DNA of 63,742 nucleotides, counting the filler, from Licmophora abbreviata (lineage: Eukaryota), in assembly GCA_900291995.1 (NCBI GenBank). It is 11 parts of 11 records of this genome, joined end to end, with 100 filler letters (N's around TTAATTAATTAA, not from the genome) between each part and the next. Parts side by side here need not be neighbours in the genome. Positions count along the whole stretch, not along the records: positions 49,419 to 50,886 come from OLMU01003512.1; positions 50,987 to 56,486 come from OLMU01003513.1; positions 56,587 to 60,002 come from OLMU01003516.1; positions 60,103 to 63,742 come from OLMU01003517.1; 7 more parts are not named here. The stretch is one strand, 5' to 3'. Below the pieces are notes generated by a model, which had not been told where the DNA came from, searched no databases, and was given only the letters and a program-made list of their open reading frames with translations. The position numbers and the translations under genes are program-made. Shown piece after piece: positions 49,605-62,435 of this stretch (within the stretch, counting starts at the first letter, position 1; each line of letters starts with the position of its first letter).

Positions 49605-52600
49605 ATGCGATCGTCCAATCACTCTTCTCCCATCACCAGGAACGTCGGTTCTTATGGAGAAAAGGAAGGTCCGGTTGGGGAAGCGACGCTGGACAACAAT
49701 CGTCGTCGTAGTTCCGAGATGCGTTCCACTAGTATCAGTACTGCCACAAGCAAAAAAGGCGATGTCAGTATGAAACCCGCAGCAGCCTCGTCCAGCACTA
49801 GTAAAGCACGATCCGGAGGTCGAAAGGTCCGAACGTCGTCTCAGCCTGTGGCATCTTCTTTGCAAGACAAAGAGGACGTCGATGACTTACAGGAGGCAAA
49901 GATCACCCCAGTCGCCGACACACAGCCAGTGCCTGGTACCGCAACATTCATGACCACAGACGACCGCGTGAGTCGAAAGATGCGTCCTGTCAATGACCGT
50001 CCTCGACGGACTGCAGGTGGCACTACTGTTGCTGCAGGGGACAATCACGATAGTACTCCCCAACCTGGCACGGCCACCTTTATGAAAACTGATGCAGACA
50101 ATCGTGTCAATCGAAAAGTAATGCGCTCCACTCGAGGTCGTCCGCCGGTAGACTCTTCAGACACTACTCCGGGAACGGCGTCGTTCGTGCGAGCCGATGA
50201 ACGCGCCAATCGCAAGACAAGGTCGAGCACTAATACTAGTGCCTCGATGAGGCCCACGGACCAGGATGACCCATCCGAGGAACCGTCGGCGGGAAAGGTC
50301 GTACCTGGTACAATGACCGCCGTGTCTGCCACTTCTGTCAGCAGTCGCGTCCAGCGCAAGATGGGTGCGGCGTCACAACCCAGAATGACGACGATGACTA
50401 CTACTAGTGCTACTGACAAGGACGCCAAACTTCAGCAAAAGTTGCGAACTAGTAAGACGACACCACTTTCCTCGCGCAAGATGCCGCCCGTGGTGATAGA
50501 TGAACCATGTGAGCCTGGAACCGTAACGAGCGTCACACCGAACTCGAAGAACGATCGCGTTGCTCGCAAACTGGCATCCAACAAGAATGGCACTGCGACC
50601 GTAGGTGGCAACCACAATCGATTGGATCGAAAGCACGGAAAGGCCCACCAGAAGATCGGAGCCGTGGCAGCTCGTGGCAGCGATCCAGCGGCGGCCAAGA
50701 ATAGTTGGATCTCTGACGAGGTGTTTCAAGGAGACGATGGGGAGGTTGATCCTGAGCTCTACTACCTGCGCCGAGAAAGGGAGCGGCAGGAGAAAGATGA
50801 CGAGAAGAAGGCAGAGATGATTGCTCTGAAGGAAACAGAAACGAAGGACGGCGTCGAGAAATCAGAACAACCCAGTCGCCCCGGAGNNNNNNNNNNNNNN
50901 NNNNNNNNNNNNNNNNNNNNNNNNNNNNNNTTAATTAATTAANNNNNNNNNNNNNNNNNNNNNNNNNNNNNNNNNNNNNNNNNNNNAACCCAGTCGCCCC
51001 GGAGCGTACGTGGTAAAAGGGGCGGCAGCCTGGTTTTCACGGGGAGGAAGGGGCGCCCGAAAGAAGAAGGCCAAGTCGTTGAAGTCGATGAGGACAAAGA
51101 GTGGTTTGAATGATGTTGTCGTCGACGCGGAAATTACAACTGCTGTCAACATGGATGAGGAGAAACATTTGACTTGGTGGGAAGCAGTCGACAAGTCGGC
51201 TCTAGCTGTGGGGCTCTGCATCGTTACTATTGTCTTGATTGCAGTCACTGTCCCAACTGTGCTTGTTACGACGAGGGGCCCTTCGCCAACTCCGGCACCA
51301 AACAGCTCGCGTATTCCTCTCTACGAAGACTTTCAGAAGGTTTTCATTGATGTGTCAGGCCGTGAGGCTTTCGACGACGCAGAGTCTCCGCAGTCGAAAG
51401 CCTTGGACTTTATCGTGCTGGAGGATCCGCTGCAGCTGCCGTTGGACAGCCCAACTCTGGTGCAGAGGTACATTCTAATGATTCTATTTTTCGGTAACGG
51501 AGGAGCCAGATGGCCTGTGCAGGACGGGAAATGGGGCTCGGGAACACCGGAGTGCGAATGGGACTACATTCGATGCGGGGATGACACAGAAAGCGCGACG
51601 GGCATTGTCACCGCAATAGATCTTTTTCGAGTTGGAATGACTGGCACACTTCCTATTGAGCTTGCTGAGCTTCAGAGCGTCGGTAAGTGCTGTCGCGTAC
51701 GACTGTCAATAATGTCGCTCGTGGAGCTTCTATCGGTCTAAACATATGCATATTCCTTTGTGCTCGGCCTTGCTTGTTTCCGTTCTTCAGAGCAACTCGA
51801 CGTTGCTGAAAACCAGCTGGAGCCGTCGCCTATCCCTACCTTTTTATACTCCATGACCACGCTATGTAAGTTTTCCAGTATAGCCTGTCTGTGTGTTCTA
51901 CTAGCAAAAAATAATCTGATGTCGCCCCACGCACCGTGTCGTTGCGCTCCAACGCAGCTTTGTTGTACCTGGAGGCAAACAAGTTCACGGGAACTATTGC
52001 CGAAGCGATCGGGCAGTTAACGAATATGGGTAAGTTTCATATGAGGGTTGCCACGCGGCATGCTCGTGAGCCCAATACTAACCATCACTATCTTCGTCTG
52101 GCTTCACCGTAAAAGAGTTTCTTGGACTTGCGGATACGGAACTGACTGGGTCGCTGCCAGCTGCGCTGGGTTCACTTTCGAACATGAGTAAGTGCTAGAA
52201 GATCGTCCTATGGTCCAAATGACACACATTGACCGACATCGTTTTGTTTCGCTGTCATTCATGCTCTGCAGGGAATTTTCTGGCCTATCGAACCAAGCTG
52301 TCGGGGCCCCTTCTGCAGATGGCTCTAAATTGGCCGCAACTCGGTAAGGGAGCACCAGCCGTTTTATCCGCCACGCTGACTTCTACTCGCTAATCTATTT
52401 CTCTCGCCTTGTCGTGTCTGCACAGAAAACCTCGATGCAGTTCAATGTCGATTTCAAGGGACCATACCTACTGAATTGGGAGGACTTGGGAGGCTTCGTA
52501 AGTGCTCTTTGTCAAAATAAATACACACGCTTCCCGTCGCACCTAATGTAATCTCGTGGTCGTCTATGACAGGGAACATTCTTCTTTCGGATAATAACAT

Positions 52601-53366
52601 GGAAGGAACTCTCCCAACGGAGCTCGGCAACCTCCAAGACATGCGTAAGTACTCTTGGCTCATTGTCAGCCTACTCGCGGTGTATGAACTATTGGACGTG
52701 CTTTCTCAACTAGCTCTTCCCTACCAGGCCGTTTCGCAATAAGTCGCAACTCCAAGATTAACGGAACAATCCCGACCGAATTGGGACGATGGGATGGGCT
52801 ACGTAAGTGTGACAAATTCTGTGCTATGCCTACGAGAAGTCCAGAAGATTGTGCGTTAACCATATCTTTCTTTCTATTCATGAATCATGCATGCGAAGAG
52901 GAGCTCCTTTTGGATTCAGCTCGATTGGTCGGCAACATCCCAACTGAGCTGGGGGCTTTCACGGACGTTGGTGAGTGTACTGGAATACTTGTTTTCATCC
53001 ATATGACAGTGTCACTTCGTACTCATTGTGGTCTTCACTGTTGCTAATCTATTGATTCTTGCAGTGCGCATCAGCCTTTCCCAGAATCGTTTCGGAGGCG
53101 AAATCCCAACGGAACTTGGAAGTTGCACCTCTCTGAAGGAGCTTAGTCTCACCCTCAACGACATATCTGGTACTGTGCCCGACTCACTTGGAAACCTTTT
53201 ACAGCTTACATCCATGACTCTTCATCGCAACGATTTGAGTGGCAGTATGCCAGGCTCTGTCTGTGCGTTGCGTACGCTGCAATTGCGCGAACTCGTCGTC
53301 GACTGTCTGGGGACGTTTCCGGAGGTTCAGTGTCCGTTTCCGGAATGTTGCACGCAATGTTCGTAA
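49605..53366 (+). CDS. Type II membrane leucine-rich-repeat receptor-like protein, 10 exons, split by a false gap
   Basis: An 18-nt overlap across the spacer (50869-50886 = 50987-51004) joins ...PSRPGAYVVKG. TM ALAVGLCIVTIVLIAVTVPTVLV, cap SPQSKALDFI...LVQRYIL...ECEW, plant-type LRRs (G.IPTELG.L) and C-cap DCL...C..CCT.C. Confidence 0.88.
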
Positions 53367-53596
53367 GCTCCATATTACATAGTAAAACAAGAAAGTTAAA
53401 AGTGCCGATACCGTAGGATTGGATGCCTTGTAGGTTTCTAGAGCTAGCTTGTCGAGCTCAGACTCAAAAGACTATGGCATGAGGCTCGTAGGCTAGCCAG
53501 AATACCGGAGCAAAGTTGCCGCGACCTGGTTCCGCTTTCGAATGAGAATGGTTCAGCTGCAAGCATACATGATGACTCTTTAGCGGTACCCATCAG

Positions 53597-54634
53597 TCAC
53601 GCCTCGTCTATACAAGGGGGCTTAAACCTTGGGAATGGCCGTGCCTCCATTTCCGGACCGGGATTCTTATCCAGTAACTCATACAATGCTTCGTTGAAGG
53701 GCTCGAGCAACTGAGCAAGCCGCTTCTGAACCGAGCATGGAGGCTTAACATCAGACTTGGACCCACTATTGCGATGCCGATCGTTATCTCTGAAGACTGT
53801 CATATTACCCCTTAGATCCAGAAACCGGTGGATGCGGCTGAAGTGTCTTCGAGGATTGGCTATTAGCTCATCAAAGGACAGCACTAATATGTGCTTTCGG
53901 TCGAAGGCTTCAAACCAGCCCTTCAAGTGCGTCACATATACGCCAGTAGTCCGCCTGAGTATGTCACGTGAGGGGCGCCCTTTCTTCCACTCTTTGTGCG
54001 GAAACTTGATGTTGACATAATCTTCAAAGGATCGCGTCGCTCCCTGGGGTGCCTGCAACGACTCGAACTCTCGGTCGCCCCGTGATTGAATACGAACCAT
54101 CATTTGGTAGCGTGATACTTCCCTTGACACAGGTTCTCTCAAGATAATTATGATCCGAAGTTTGTCAGTGGTGCCTTGTTCGTCATACGTCTTTCGAACT
54201 CTTTCTGGAACCTTCAAATAGTTGGGAGTGCCATCGATTATGTAAGTACTGTTTCTACAGTGCTCCCAGCGGCTTCGAAAGAAATCTATGCCGAGTCGAA
54301 AACGATCCACGCGGTCAAAGAAATGCAGTTCCTTTGACGACGTGTCTCCAAAATGTGTGACAGCTTGATCTGGAAGTGGACGCGGAAAACACACGCCATC
54401 GTGCATATTCAGCCAGGATGTTGTGTACGTAGTGCCGGCCTTTTGGGCTCCTGCAACGAGCACATTCGGGATTCGACGCCACCTGCTGCCCCCTGTTTGG
54501 TTCGTCACGGCGCGCCGAGATGAATCCGTAGTTACTGGAGGGACCAGCTTCAACAGCGATGGATTATAGCAGAGCAAGGTAACAGCTGTCAGGGCGGTCA
54601 GCGCCAAGAGAGCCGTCGGAGTCCTGCCAGGCAT
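53597..54634 (-). CDS. Golgi-type sulfotransferase, paralog 2
   Basis: Same motifs as 46256-47317, with long identical peptide blocks. Confidence 0.9.
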   Translation of the reverse strand: MPGRTPTALLALTALTAVTLLCYNPSLLKLVPPVTTDSSRRAVTNQTGGSRWRRIPNVLVAGAQKAGTTYTTSWLNMHDGVCFPRPLPDQAVTHFGDTSSKELHFFDRVDRFRLGIDFFRSRWEHCRNSTYIIDGTPNYLKVPERVRKTYDEQGTTDKLRIIIILREPVSREVSRYQMMVRIQSRGDREFESLQAPQGATRSFEDYVNIKFPHKEWKKGRPSRDILRRTTGVYVTHLKGWFEAFDRKHILVLSFDELIANPRRHFSRIHRFLDLRGNMTVFRDNDRHRNSGSKSDVKPPCSVQKRLAQLLEPFNEALYELLDKNPGPEMEARPFPRFKPPCIDEA

Positions 54635-55165
54635 GGTTTTGCGCTAGAAGAGGGGCAATAGGTCGAAGCGCTTCCCTTGAGCCTGCTTAGAGCGACTTTG
54701 TGGATTGTAGGGAGAGGTGCGAATATAAATGCCGACAAAGTACAAGGACGAGTACAGCTTGTTGCGTGTACCGGCGAGTACTGTGCTAGTACCTGTGTAC
54801 CTGTATCAGTTCGGGAAGCTTACAAGCTCGGCAAGACTGACGATGAGGCCATCCACATTGGTACGATAATCGCGATCGACTGCGTTGTTGCCTGTCATTG
54901 GCACGTGGCGAACGGCATCGACGTTTTTACTTAGGAGTCAGACATATTACAAGAGACTTCGTCTGTCATGTCTCAAAATTTGAGGGGACCTCCACCAGCA
55001 AAATCGAAATGCATCAACAGTTTACGACGACCGGTAGCAGGTAGGTCCCACATCATCAATCGGACACTTCATGCCGGCAGTCCAGACTATCAGCGCTCGG
55101 CACATTTTTCAAGAGTAGCACAGGAGAGACTTCGTTCCTTTGACTGTATCTAATAACAACTTAAT

Positions 55166-56486
55166 CTAAAGTTCAGAATGGTCGTGCTCGGTTTCGGGCG
55201 ACGCCTGTTCGTCGCGTCTCAGAAGAAAGCGCAAGTCACTGTCGTCCGTCCCATACGGCCTGGTACTCGAGAAGGTGATATCTTCCACGATCGGCGTCTC
55301 GGCAATCTCATCCAAGAGGTCACTCAACTCTCGATCGCAGTCGGAGGGCGGGTCGCACACCTGCTGCCCCAACCGAACGAAACCATTGCGCTCCCGCGGA
55401 TTGTACCATTCATAGCCGTACTTTCCAGTGATATCGTTCTCATCCCACCAGGCCTTGAATCGATCTTTGATCTGTGCTTCTGTCTCACCGTTCTGAATCC
55501 AAACGACGTACATGACAGCACTGAAGCCAACTTGAAACTGAATATTCTGCTTGTCTTCAATCGCTGCAAAGTCATTGTCCAGCATGAGGTGGTACAAGTT
55601 TTTTCCAGTCTTTGCATAAGCCAGGTACAGACCACCCATTTCAAGTCCTAGCTTCCACTTGGACTCCTCAAAATCCTCTTCGAGAAAGTTTTCGTGCTTG
55701 AACACTGGGAGCTTGAGTTCGTTGAAACTAAAGCGCGTCTCCACCGCCCAACTTCCAAGGGCCTCGGTGGCGTGAATGTGTTCGTTGATGTCTTCGAGAG
55801 TATTGGTCATGTTGACGCAGAGGGAGTAGTCAAAGAGTCCACTCCGAGCAGCACTAGCGATGGTAATATTGTGAACTTCTTCGGCAGTGTGAGTTCCAAG
55901 ATGGTGGACCAGTTCGTCATGGAGTCTGGCCGTCCAGTTGCCCCAAATGGCGGCAAGGATATTGACATCTCGTGAAACTCCGGTGCCTTGAAATTCAGAA
56001 AACTGTCAGGAGAGATTTGTATGAGTGCGAGGACGAGATTTGTATTTTAACAATCAAAATGACATCGATATCATAGGTCCCCACGACGGGACGCAACGCA
56101 CCTGTACATGCAGCGCATTAAGCTCTTCCTGGGCGGGGTGATCTTGATTGTTCTCTGGAAAGTTAGGCCCAAACTCTTCTTTCATAACAAAGAGATGATC
56201 CTCGGGAGGCGTCTCATTGAATCGTTTGTAATACTCCACGCCATTGCATTGAATTCCACAATCAAATTGTACAAACGCACGACCGTCTCTTCCCGCACCG
56301 TCGGCGATGCAAACTTCAATCGGCCATGATAGTATTTTCGCTCTTCTCCTTCGGGCGGTTCCCGCCATTCATCAATCTTGGTAGTCACACGCTTGGCAAG
56401 ACTTCCTTCGTCTGTGAGAGCAAAAACGTGTCGTCGTTTCTTTGTCCCGTCCTCGTTGCGCGTGTCCATGTAGGCAAAGAGACGCG
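55166..56486 (-). CDS. Unknown protein (5'-truncated), ends in HSEL; probable 1-nt frameshift at ~56245
   Basis: Intron 56003-56101 joins ...LHVQ|FSEFQGTG... in frame with the 55166 ORF. The upstream frames join as IVEFNA(N)GVEYYK if one A is added. Confidence 0.6.
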
Positions 56487-56586
56487 NNNNNNNNNNNNNN
56501 NNNNNNNNNNNNNNNNNNNNNNNNNNNNNNTTAATTAATTAANNNNNNNNNNNNNNNNNNNNNNNNNNNNNNNNNNNNNNNNNNNN

Positions 56587-56829
56587 GGCGAGCATGCTGG
56601 AAATGACTTCTCCGGCGCGGTCGGTGCGAGCGGCATTGTAGACAACGACGCGTTTGTTGTTGTTACTAGTACTTGTAGTAGTACTTGTAGTAGTAGTGTT
56701 ATTCTTTGTTGTTGCTTTGTGTTGGACAAGATCCTTCGGTGCTGGGATGAGCCATAGCATGGGTCGTAAGAGAAAGAGCAGTAGTAGAAGAAAGAGTACT
56801 AGGCCTCCTTTTCGTCTTGTGCGTCTCAT
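56587..56829 (-). CDS. N-terminal fragment of a type II membrane (glycosyltransferase-like) protein
   Basis: Basic N-terminus, TM, Thr-rich stem, then VVYNAARTDRAGEVISSML running into the gap. Confidence 0.55.
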
Positions 56830-57370
56830 CGTGTTGTACTTATATGACTACTACTACTACTACTACTACTTCTACTGATGACGACGGTGTGATGGCGACA
56901 TAGTGATGATGGTAATGATGGCAACACACGCGAGATACGAAGAAGAAGAAGAGAAGTTCACATCACAGCGAGTTGAAAGTGTGTCGTGTTTTGAGTGATT
57001 TTTGATTTTTGGGCTGATGTTTCAAACTGAAATTGTAAACCCATAACCCATCAATCCGGATGTGTTGCCAACCGGACTTAACTGTCTCGATTGGCTCCTT
57101 GGATCTCACCTAAAGGACCTCGTTTCTTGTATTACTCATATCAAAATTCACCTTAACTGTTAAACAATCATTGCAATGTGTCTAGCCTGTTGTCATCATG
57201 GCAATCATAGAGAGAGTGCGGTGTGTGTCCACAACAAGCATCCCAGAAGACCTGTCTTTGGGATACACTGTATACATTCCTCTGAACGATCTCTACTACG
57301 GTATTACGAGTACGTTACTCTCTAGAGAGAGCAGTGCAGTTTACAAAAAGACGGGAACACATTCGCGTAC

Positions 57371-59143
57371 ATGCACCGCGTTGCAGTTCTTCCTGCTGCA
57401 GTATCCGTGATTCGTTTGGTATTCCAAAGTAGTAGTATGCTCCTGGTTTCCTCCTTTGGTTGGATTCGAAACAGTCGCGTTCGTAGTACCACATCCTCCT
57501 TGCCTGCAGTAGTACTGACACGACGACGACAAGCTACTACTACTACTAGCTTACTACCATCCTCCGTTCGTTCGAAGCTTCGTTCATCCGAATCCACTCC
57601 TAGTACGTGTCGACCGTATACCACCAGCAGCAGCAGCAGTCTTGCATTCTCTACCATGACGGACACGTCTTCCAAATCTACCACAAGACTGGCTCGAATC
57701 ATCAGTTTGAGTGATCCCCAGGACGATGCCAATGCAGCCCTGCACAAGGGTCCACTTCCCGAAGGAGCTCAACTGCTGGCGATTGGAAGTGACACGAAGG
57801 ACTTTGATCTGGAACGTTTGCAAGAACAAGAGCCCAATGTACTCTTTGTCAGTCATCCAATGGTACGTACAATAATAGTATACAATATGCAGGCATGCAT
57901 GCCTTGGTGTGTGTGTGTTTTTTGGGTGTCTTATCTATACTATATCGCTCTTTCACATTCCAGTCCAGACGACCGCTTGCGGAATTGCTCCAAGCACTTC
58001 CCACGGTCGAATGGGTGCACACACGCTCCGCCGGTGTAGACTTTGTGACCTCTCCTGGATTGTAAGACGACCACACTCACATATCTGACGGACAATACCT
58101 TGTGTATGATACAGCAACGCTTCGATGGATGAATCTCACTCACACTACTATTATTTTTATTGTGTACATGTCAACTTCTACTTTCTTCAGATCCAATTCC
58201 AATGTCTACGTGACAAACGCCAAGGGCCAGTTCTCCAGCACTCTTGCCGAATACACCATGATGGCGTGTTCCTACTTTGCCAAGGACCTTCCCCGACTCT
58301 TGCAACAAAAGAAGACCAAGAATTGGGAAAAGTACGACGTCTTGGAGTTGCGCGGCGCCACTCTGGGAGTCGTCGGCTACGGTGACATTGGACGTGCGTG
58401 TGCCAAACTCGCCAAGGTCTATGGGATGCGCGTGGTGGCCTTGAGGAGGAACCCGCTTCTCTGTGCGGGGGATCCTCTCTGCGATGCAGTATATTCCAGT
58501 GAGGCCTTGAATAGACTCATGGCGGAGAGTGATTATATCCTAGTGTCGGCGCCGCTGACGGAAGAAACGAGGGGGACTCATTGGGAAGGAACAGTTTGGG
58601 CATGCCAAGCATGATGCGGTCTTTATTAATCTTGGCCGCGGGCCGGTGGTGGACGAAGATGCGTTGATTCAAGCGCTTCAGAGTGGGAAACTCAAGGGTG
58701 CTGCTCTGGATGTATTTCGAGAAGAGCCGCTGCCGGAACAGAGTGCACTCTGGGAATTGGAAAATGTGCTCATTAGCCCGTACGTTCTTGTTGTTTGGGA
58801 TTTGTTGGTATGGGTGTGTGTGGCGCATAGATTCTCAAGTATGTTCTGTCCGTTTTCTTGTTCCTACTATTGTAGGCACAATATGGACCAGACTGCCACC
58901 TTGTGAGTACACGATTGGATGTCGTCATTGCGAGTACCAGAGAGAGAAGAAAGAAGATGCAGTTTGGTCGTTTGTCTGTACATGCTTGTATCACTCGTAA
59001 CTCATGCGCAGTGTGCTCGTTCATTCCTCTCTCATGCCCCCAGTATGCACGAGGCAACCGAGTTCTTTGTAAAGGAAAATTTGCCTCGGTTCATTCGGGG
59101 AGAAGAGTTGCTCAACTATGTGGATAAGGTAGCTGGGTATTAG
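57371..59143 (+). CDS. D-isomer-specific 2-hydroxyacid dehydrogenase, 5 exons, +1 G frameshift at 58571-58575
   Basis: Exons ~57371-57862, 57964-58061, 58191-58779, 58876-58902 and 59044-59143. Motifs WVHTRSAGVD, GVVGYGDIG, APLTEETRG(LIG), INLGRGPVVDEDAL, AALDVF and ISP|HNMD. S/R-rich N-terminal extension; start uncertain. Confidence 0.88.
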
Positions 59144-59349
59144 ATTTTTGAGGCTGGTAGCTGGCAGTGAGTGATCTAGTAGACAACGACAACATGCACA
59201 CAGAAACTCGTTCGTTGGTATTTCGTCTGTTACAGAGGAAAAGTCTACATAAACAACCCGTTCTAGGCGACGGAATATGGGATACAACGGATCCATTTAT
59301 GCTAGTCGCGACATCAAAAGTCCGTCCATAAAGCTGTAGTACTCAATCA

Positions 59350-62017
59350 TCATCCTTTCGCGTCGTTGCGGTCCTCTTCTTTTCCAGCACCATCGGCCAT
59401 GAGACTCTTTTTGATACTCAAGAGGACATTCATTTCTTCGTTCACACCCTTGAGCTTCGTTTGATGGTCTTCTAATGTCTCCAAGTGAATCTGGATTCGA
59501 CTTTCGGCCTGATCCAATACGGCTTGTTCTTTCACCAACTTGTGCTGCAGTTCCGCCAGCTTTTGCTGAGTAGCTTGAATCTTACGCTGTGCTTTATCCG
59601 CGCTTTCCCGTTTCAACAGTATCGCCTCGCTGACATGATTGCATTCTTCCGCCAAGGCTTCCCTGCGAATGTCCAAATGATGCAACTGGGACTCCAGCGC
59701 GGCAATTTCACTTTCCTGTGCCGCCAAAAGTAGGTTGACGGAAGGAGCCTTAGGTTGCGAGCCGTCGTCCTGGACTGATGGTGCTTCATTCATGGTCTCA
59801 TTGGCTGGTTCTTGCTCAGCACGCAAACTATTAATAAGCTGGTCGGAGGAAGGATGGAGTGGAACCTCTGCATCTGTGCTAGACTCGGATTGACGACTTT
59901 CCGCTTCCCTCAAGTCCTCTTGAGGCTGCTGAGCCGACAAGGGCACAACGGGAGTTGGCTCAAAGGATGTCACACCCCCGCCTGTGTACGCGTGCCATGC
60001 GGNNNNNNNNNNNNNNNNNNNNNNNNNNNNNNNNNNNNNNNNNNNNTTAATTAATTAANNNNNNNNNNNNNNNNNNNNNNNNNNNNNNNNNNNNNNNNNN
60101 NNCGGTGATAGATGCGGTGACAGAAGATTGCTGGAAGTCACACCCAGCTCAGACAGACGGCTGACAGCGGTATCTGTGTAAATGAAATCGTCCGCCTCAG
60201 CACTGGATATCGGCCGGAAGGCGCTGCGTGCTAAAGTTTGGTTCTGATCGGATGGCGTGGAGTCTCTGCGTTTCTTTTTCTTTTTCTTTCTTTCCGGTGG
60301 GGTCGATTGCGGCAAGCTCTGGATATCCCTATCGAATTTTGTCTCAAACTTTGTCTTCTCAAGAAAACCGGAGAGCTCGTCCGTACCAGCAGACGTTTCC
60401 ATTCGTGACTCTTCCTTTCGAGTGCCATCCACCGAAAACTGCGCAATGTTGGTGCTTGGAGAGTACGGAAAGATCGAAGGCATGGAAGCAACCGTCACGG
60501 CATCACCCACACTTTCTGTTCCCGAAACACTCGACGCTGTAGACTTGTGCTGTCGTCGCGGTGCCGTCTCTTTCTGTGATGATGGCCGTTGTCTTTGAAA
60601 GCGCGACAAAAATCCCTTTTCTCGCGTGCCGGTATCACTCACGCCATGGCCCATACTCTTCGCACGCGATCGACGAAAGATGGATCGAGATGAGTTCTCC
60701 ACTGAGAACTGCTTCGATCGACTTTCTGGCATTCCAGTAGTCATGCTGAGCGATCTAGAACTTTTTTGGGCCGACCTCGGTTTCTCATTGACTAAGTCAG
60801 GCAAGACAGGCACCTTTGGTGTATCAGGATTGCCCTGTCTCCACTTCCATCGAGCAGATTTGCCTTTGTTGTGGCCATCTGTCATGCCTGGACTAATGTT
60901 GGATGCTCCCTTGTCCAAGTTTTTTCGAGGAGACGCCGGTAACGCCATCGCAAGGCTCTTATCATGCAATCGCTTCATAATTGCTTCGCGATGAGGGTTG
61001 TCACTCGCATCGTAAGACAATTCGATAGGTGTCTTTCCATGTCCGTCGCGTGCATCAATTGTATTCTCGTCTGCGGTCAACAGCAAGGATACCTCGTATG
61101 GACTACCAAACAAACAGGCCAAATGGAGTGGGATTCGCCCATCCTTCTTTTCTTCCATGTGCAGGGACAGTGGATAAGAAACCATGAGCAATTTCAGAAT
61201 CTGCGAATTGGCATTGCAAAGTAGCGCCATGTGGATGGGCAGTCGTCCCCACTTCTCCTCCGATATCTTGACTGCATCGGGGTACGCGGCCAGCAGCGTT
61301 TCCACAACATGCAGCTTTTATCGAGAGGGACATATACACGCATGTGATGCATAGCAGAGCAGGGAGTGAGAGTTTGCGTTGTTGGAACTGCGAAACGAAT
61401 TCGTGTCAGATACTCACCGGTGGCTTGACGCAAAGAGCCTTGTGGAGCGGCAAAGCACGCGTCTCTACCGACTCTTTCTGTTTAGCGCCGTCCAAGAGCA
61501 CATCCTGTAATCTACTAGCCTCATCTGGTTGTTGATTCACTCGGTCTAAGACATACTTCCATTTCTGTTTGGAGATGAGTTCAACTAAATCGCATTGCTC
61601 CGCTTCCAAGTCGGTCATTCGAACATCCAGAAGACTTCGCGATCGAGCTTCCAAGAGCTCCAAGCGCCTAGAAGCCTCGTCTTCGCCCTTGCTCTGTTCA
61701 TTGCTAGATCGTCCTGGTTGAGTGCTCTTTTCTGACTGTTCCTGCGTTGGAAGTTCTCTCGGCATGGGGTCATCTCCCCTCCTGCTGGTCTTGCGCTCGA
61801 GGGCCCGGGAGGGCGGCCCACGAGTCGAGTCCACACCGGCATCCTTGATGGCCTTAACTTTGCGACTCATGTCGCGAAGGATTGTACCAGGACTAGAATT
61901 AGCTGGTCGGGGCGAACTCTCCAGTTGTGCCACCCGTTCTTTGACAGAGCGGGACGATTGCGTCTCGATACCGTCACTGTGAAAATCTTGGGCCGATGCT
62001 CCGCCTGATACAACCAT
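59350..62017 (-). CDS. Ankyrin-like repeat protein with low-complexity middle and C-terminal coiled coil (probably one gene across the spacer)
   Basis: Intron 61315-61417. Repeats LPLHKAL, GRLPIHMAL, GRIPLHLAC and GKTPIEL. The coiled-coil ORF 59350-59973 lies on the same strand beyond the gap; the join is not verified. Confidence 0.65.
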
Positions 62018-62435
62018 GGGTCTCTTGTGAAGTCGGGACAAGCAAGATACGCTGCAGTGGTGCGACGCTTCGCTCCCGCACTCGACAAGTCATTGATTCC
62101 CAAGATTTGGGGAGATGATGACTTCATAAAACCGTGGTGCAAAATACGACGAGAAGCTTGGCGAGGGTCAGAAAAGCCTTTCCTATCGCTCAATGGTGGA
62201 CCCGCCTCGCGCGAGTGACATTTTGGGACATGATGTGATTAACGCGGGTGTCTCAAATTGATATCAATTGCTCCCAATGTTAAACGCATTCATCGCCAAA
62301 ACCTGCATGGTTCCAGTCTCCATGTACCGCACGATAGAATACTCAAGCTGGAACTATTAGGAGCAAAACGTAAGCATACCGATAGTTGATTTTAGAGGAC
62401 GGTTAGACAGTTTATTGGTGTACGTTGCTTTGCTT

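Noticed and set aside
58561..58600. Programmed frameshifting in the hydroxyacid dehydrogenase
   Set aside because: One extra G in a G5 run, with no slippery heptamer or stimulator seen; best explained as a sequencing error.
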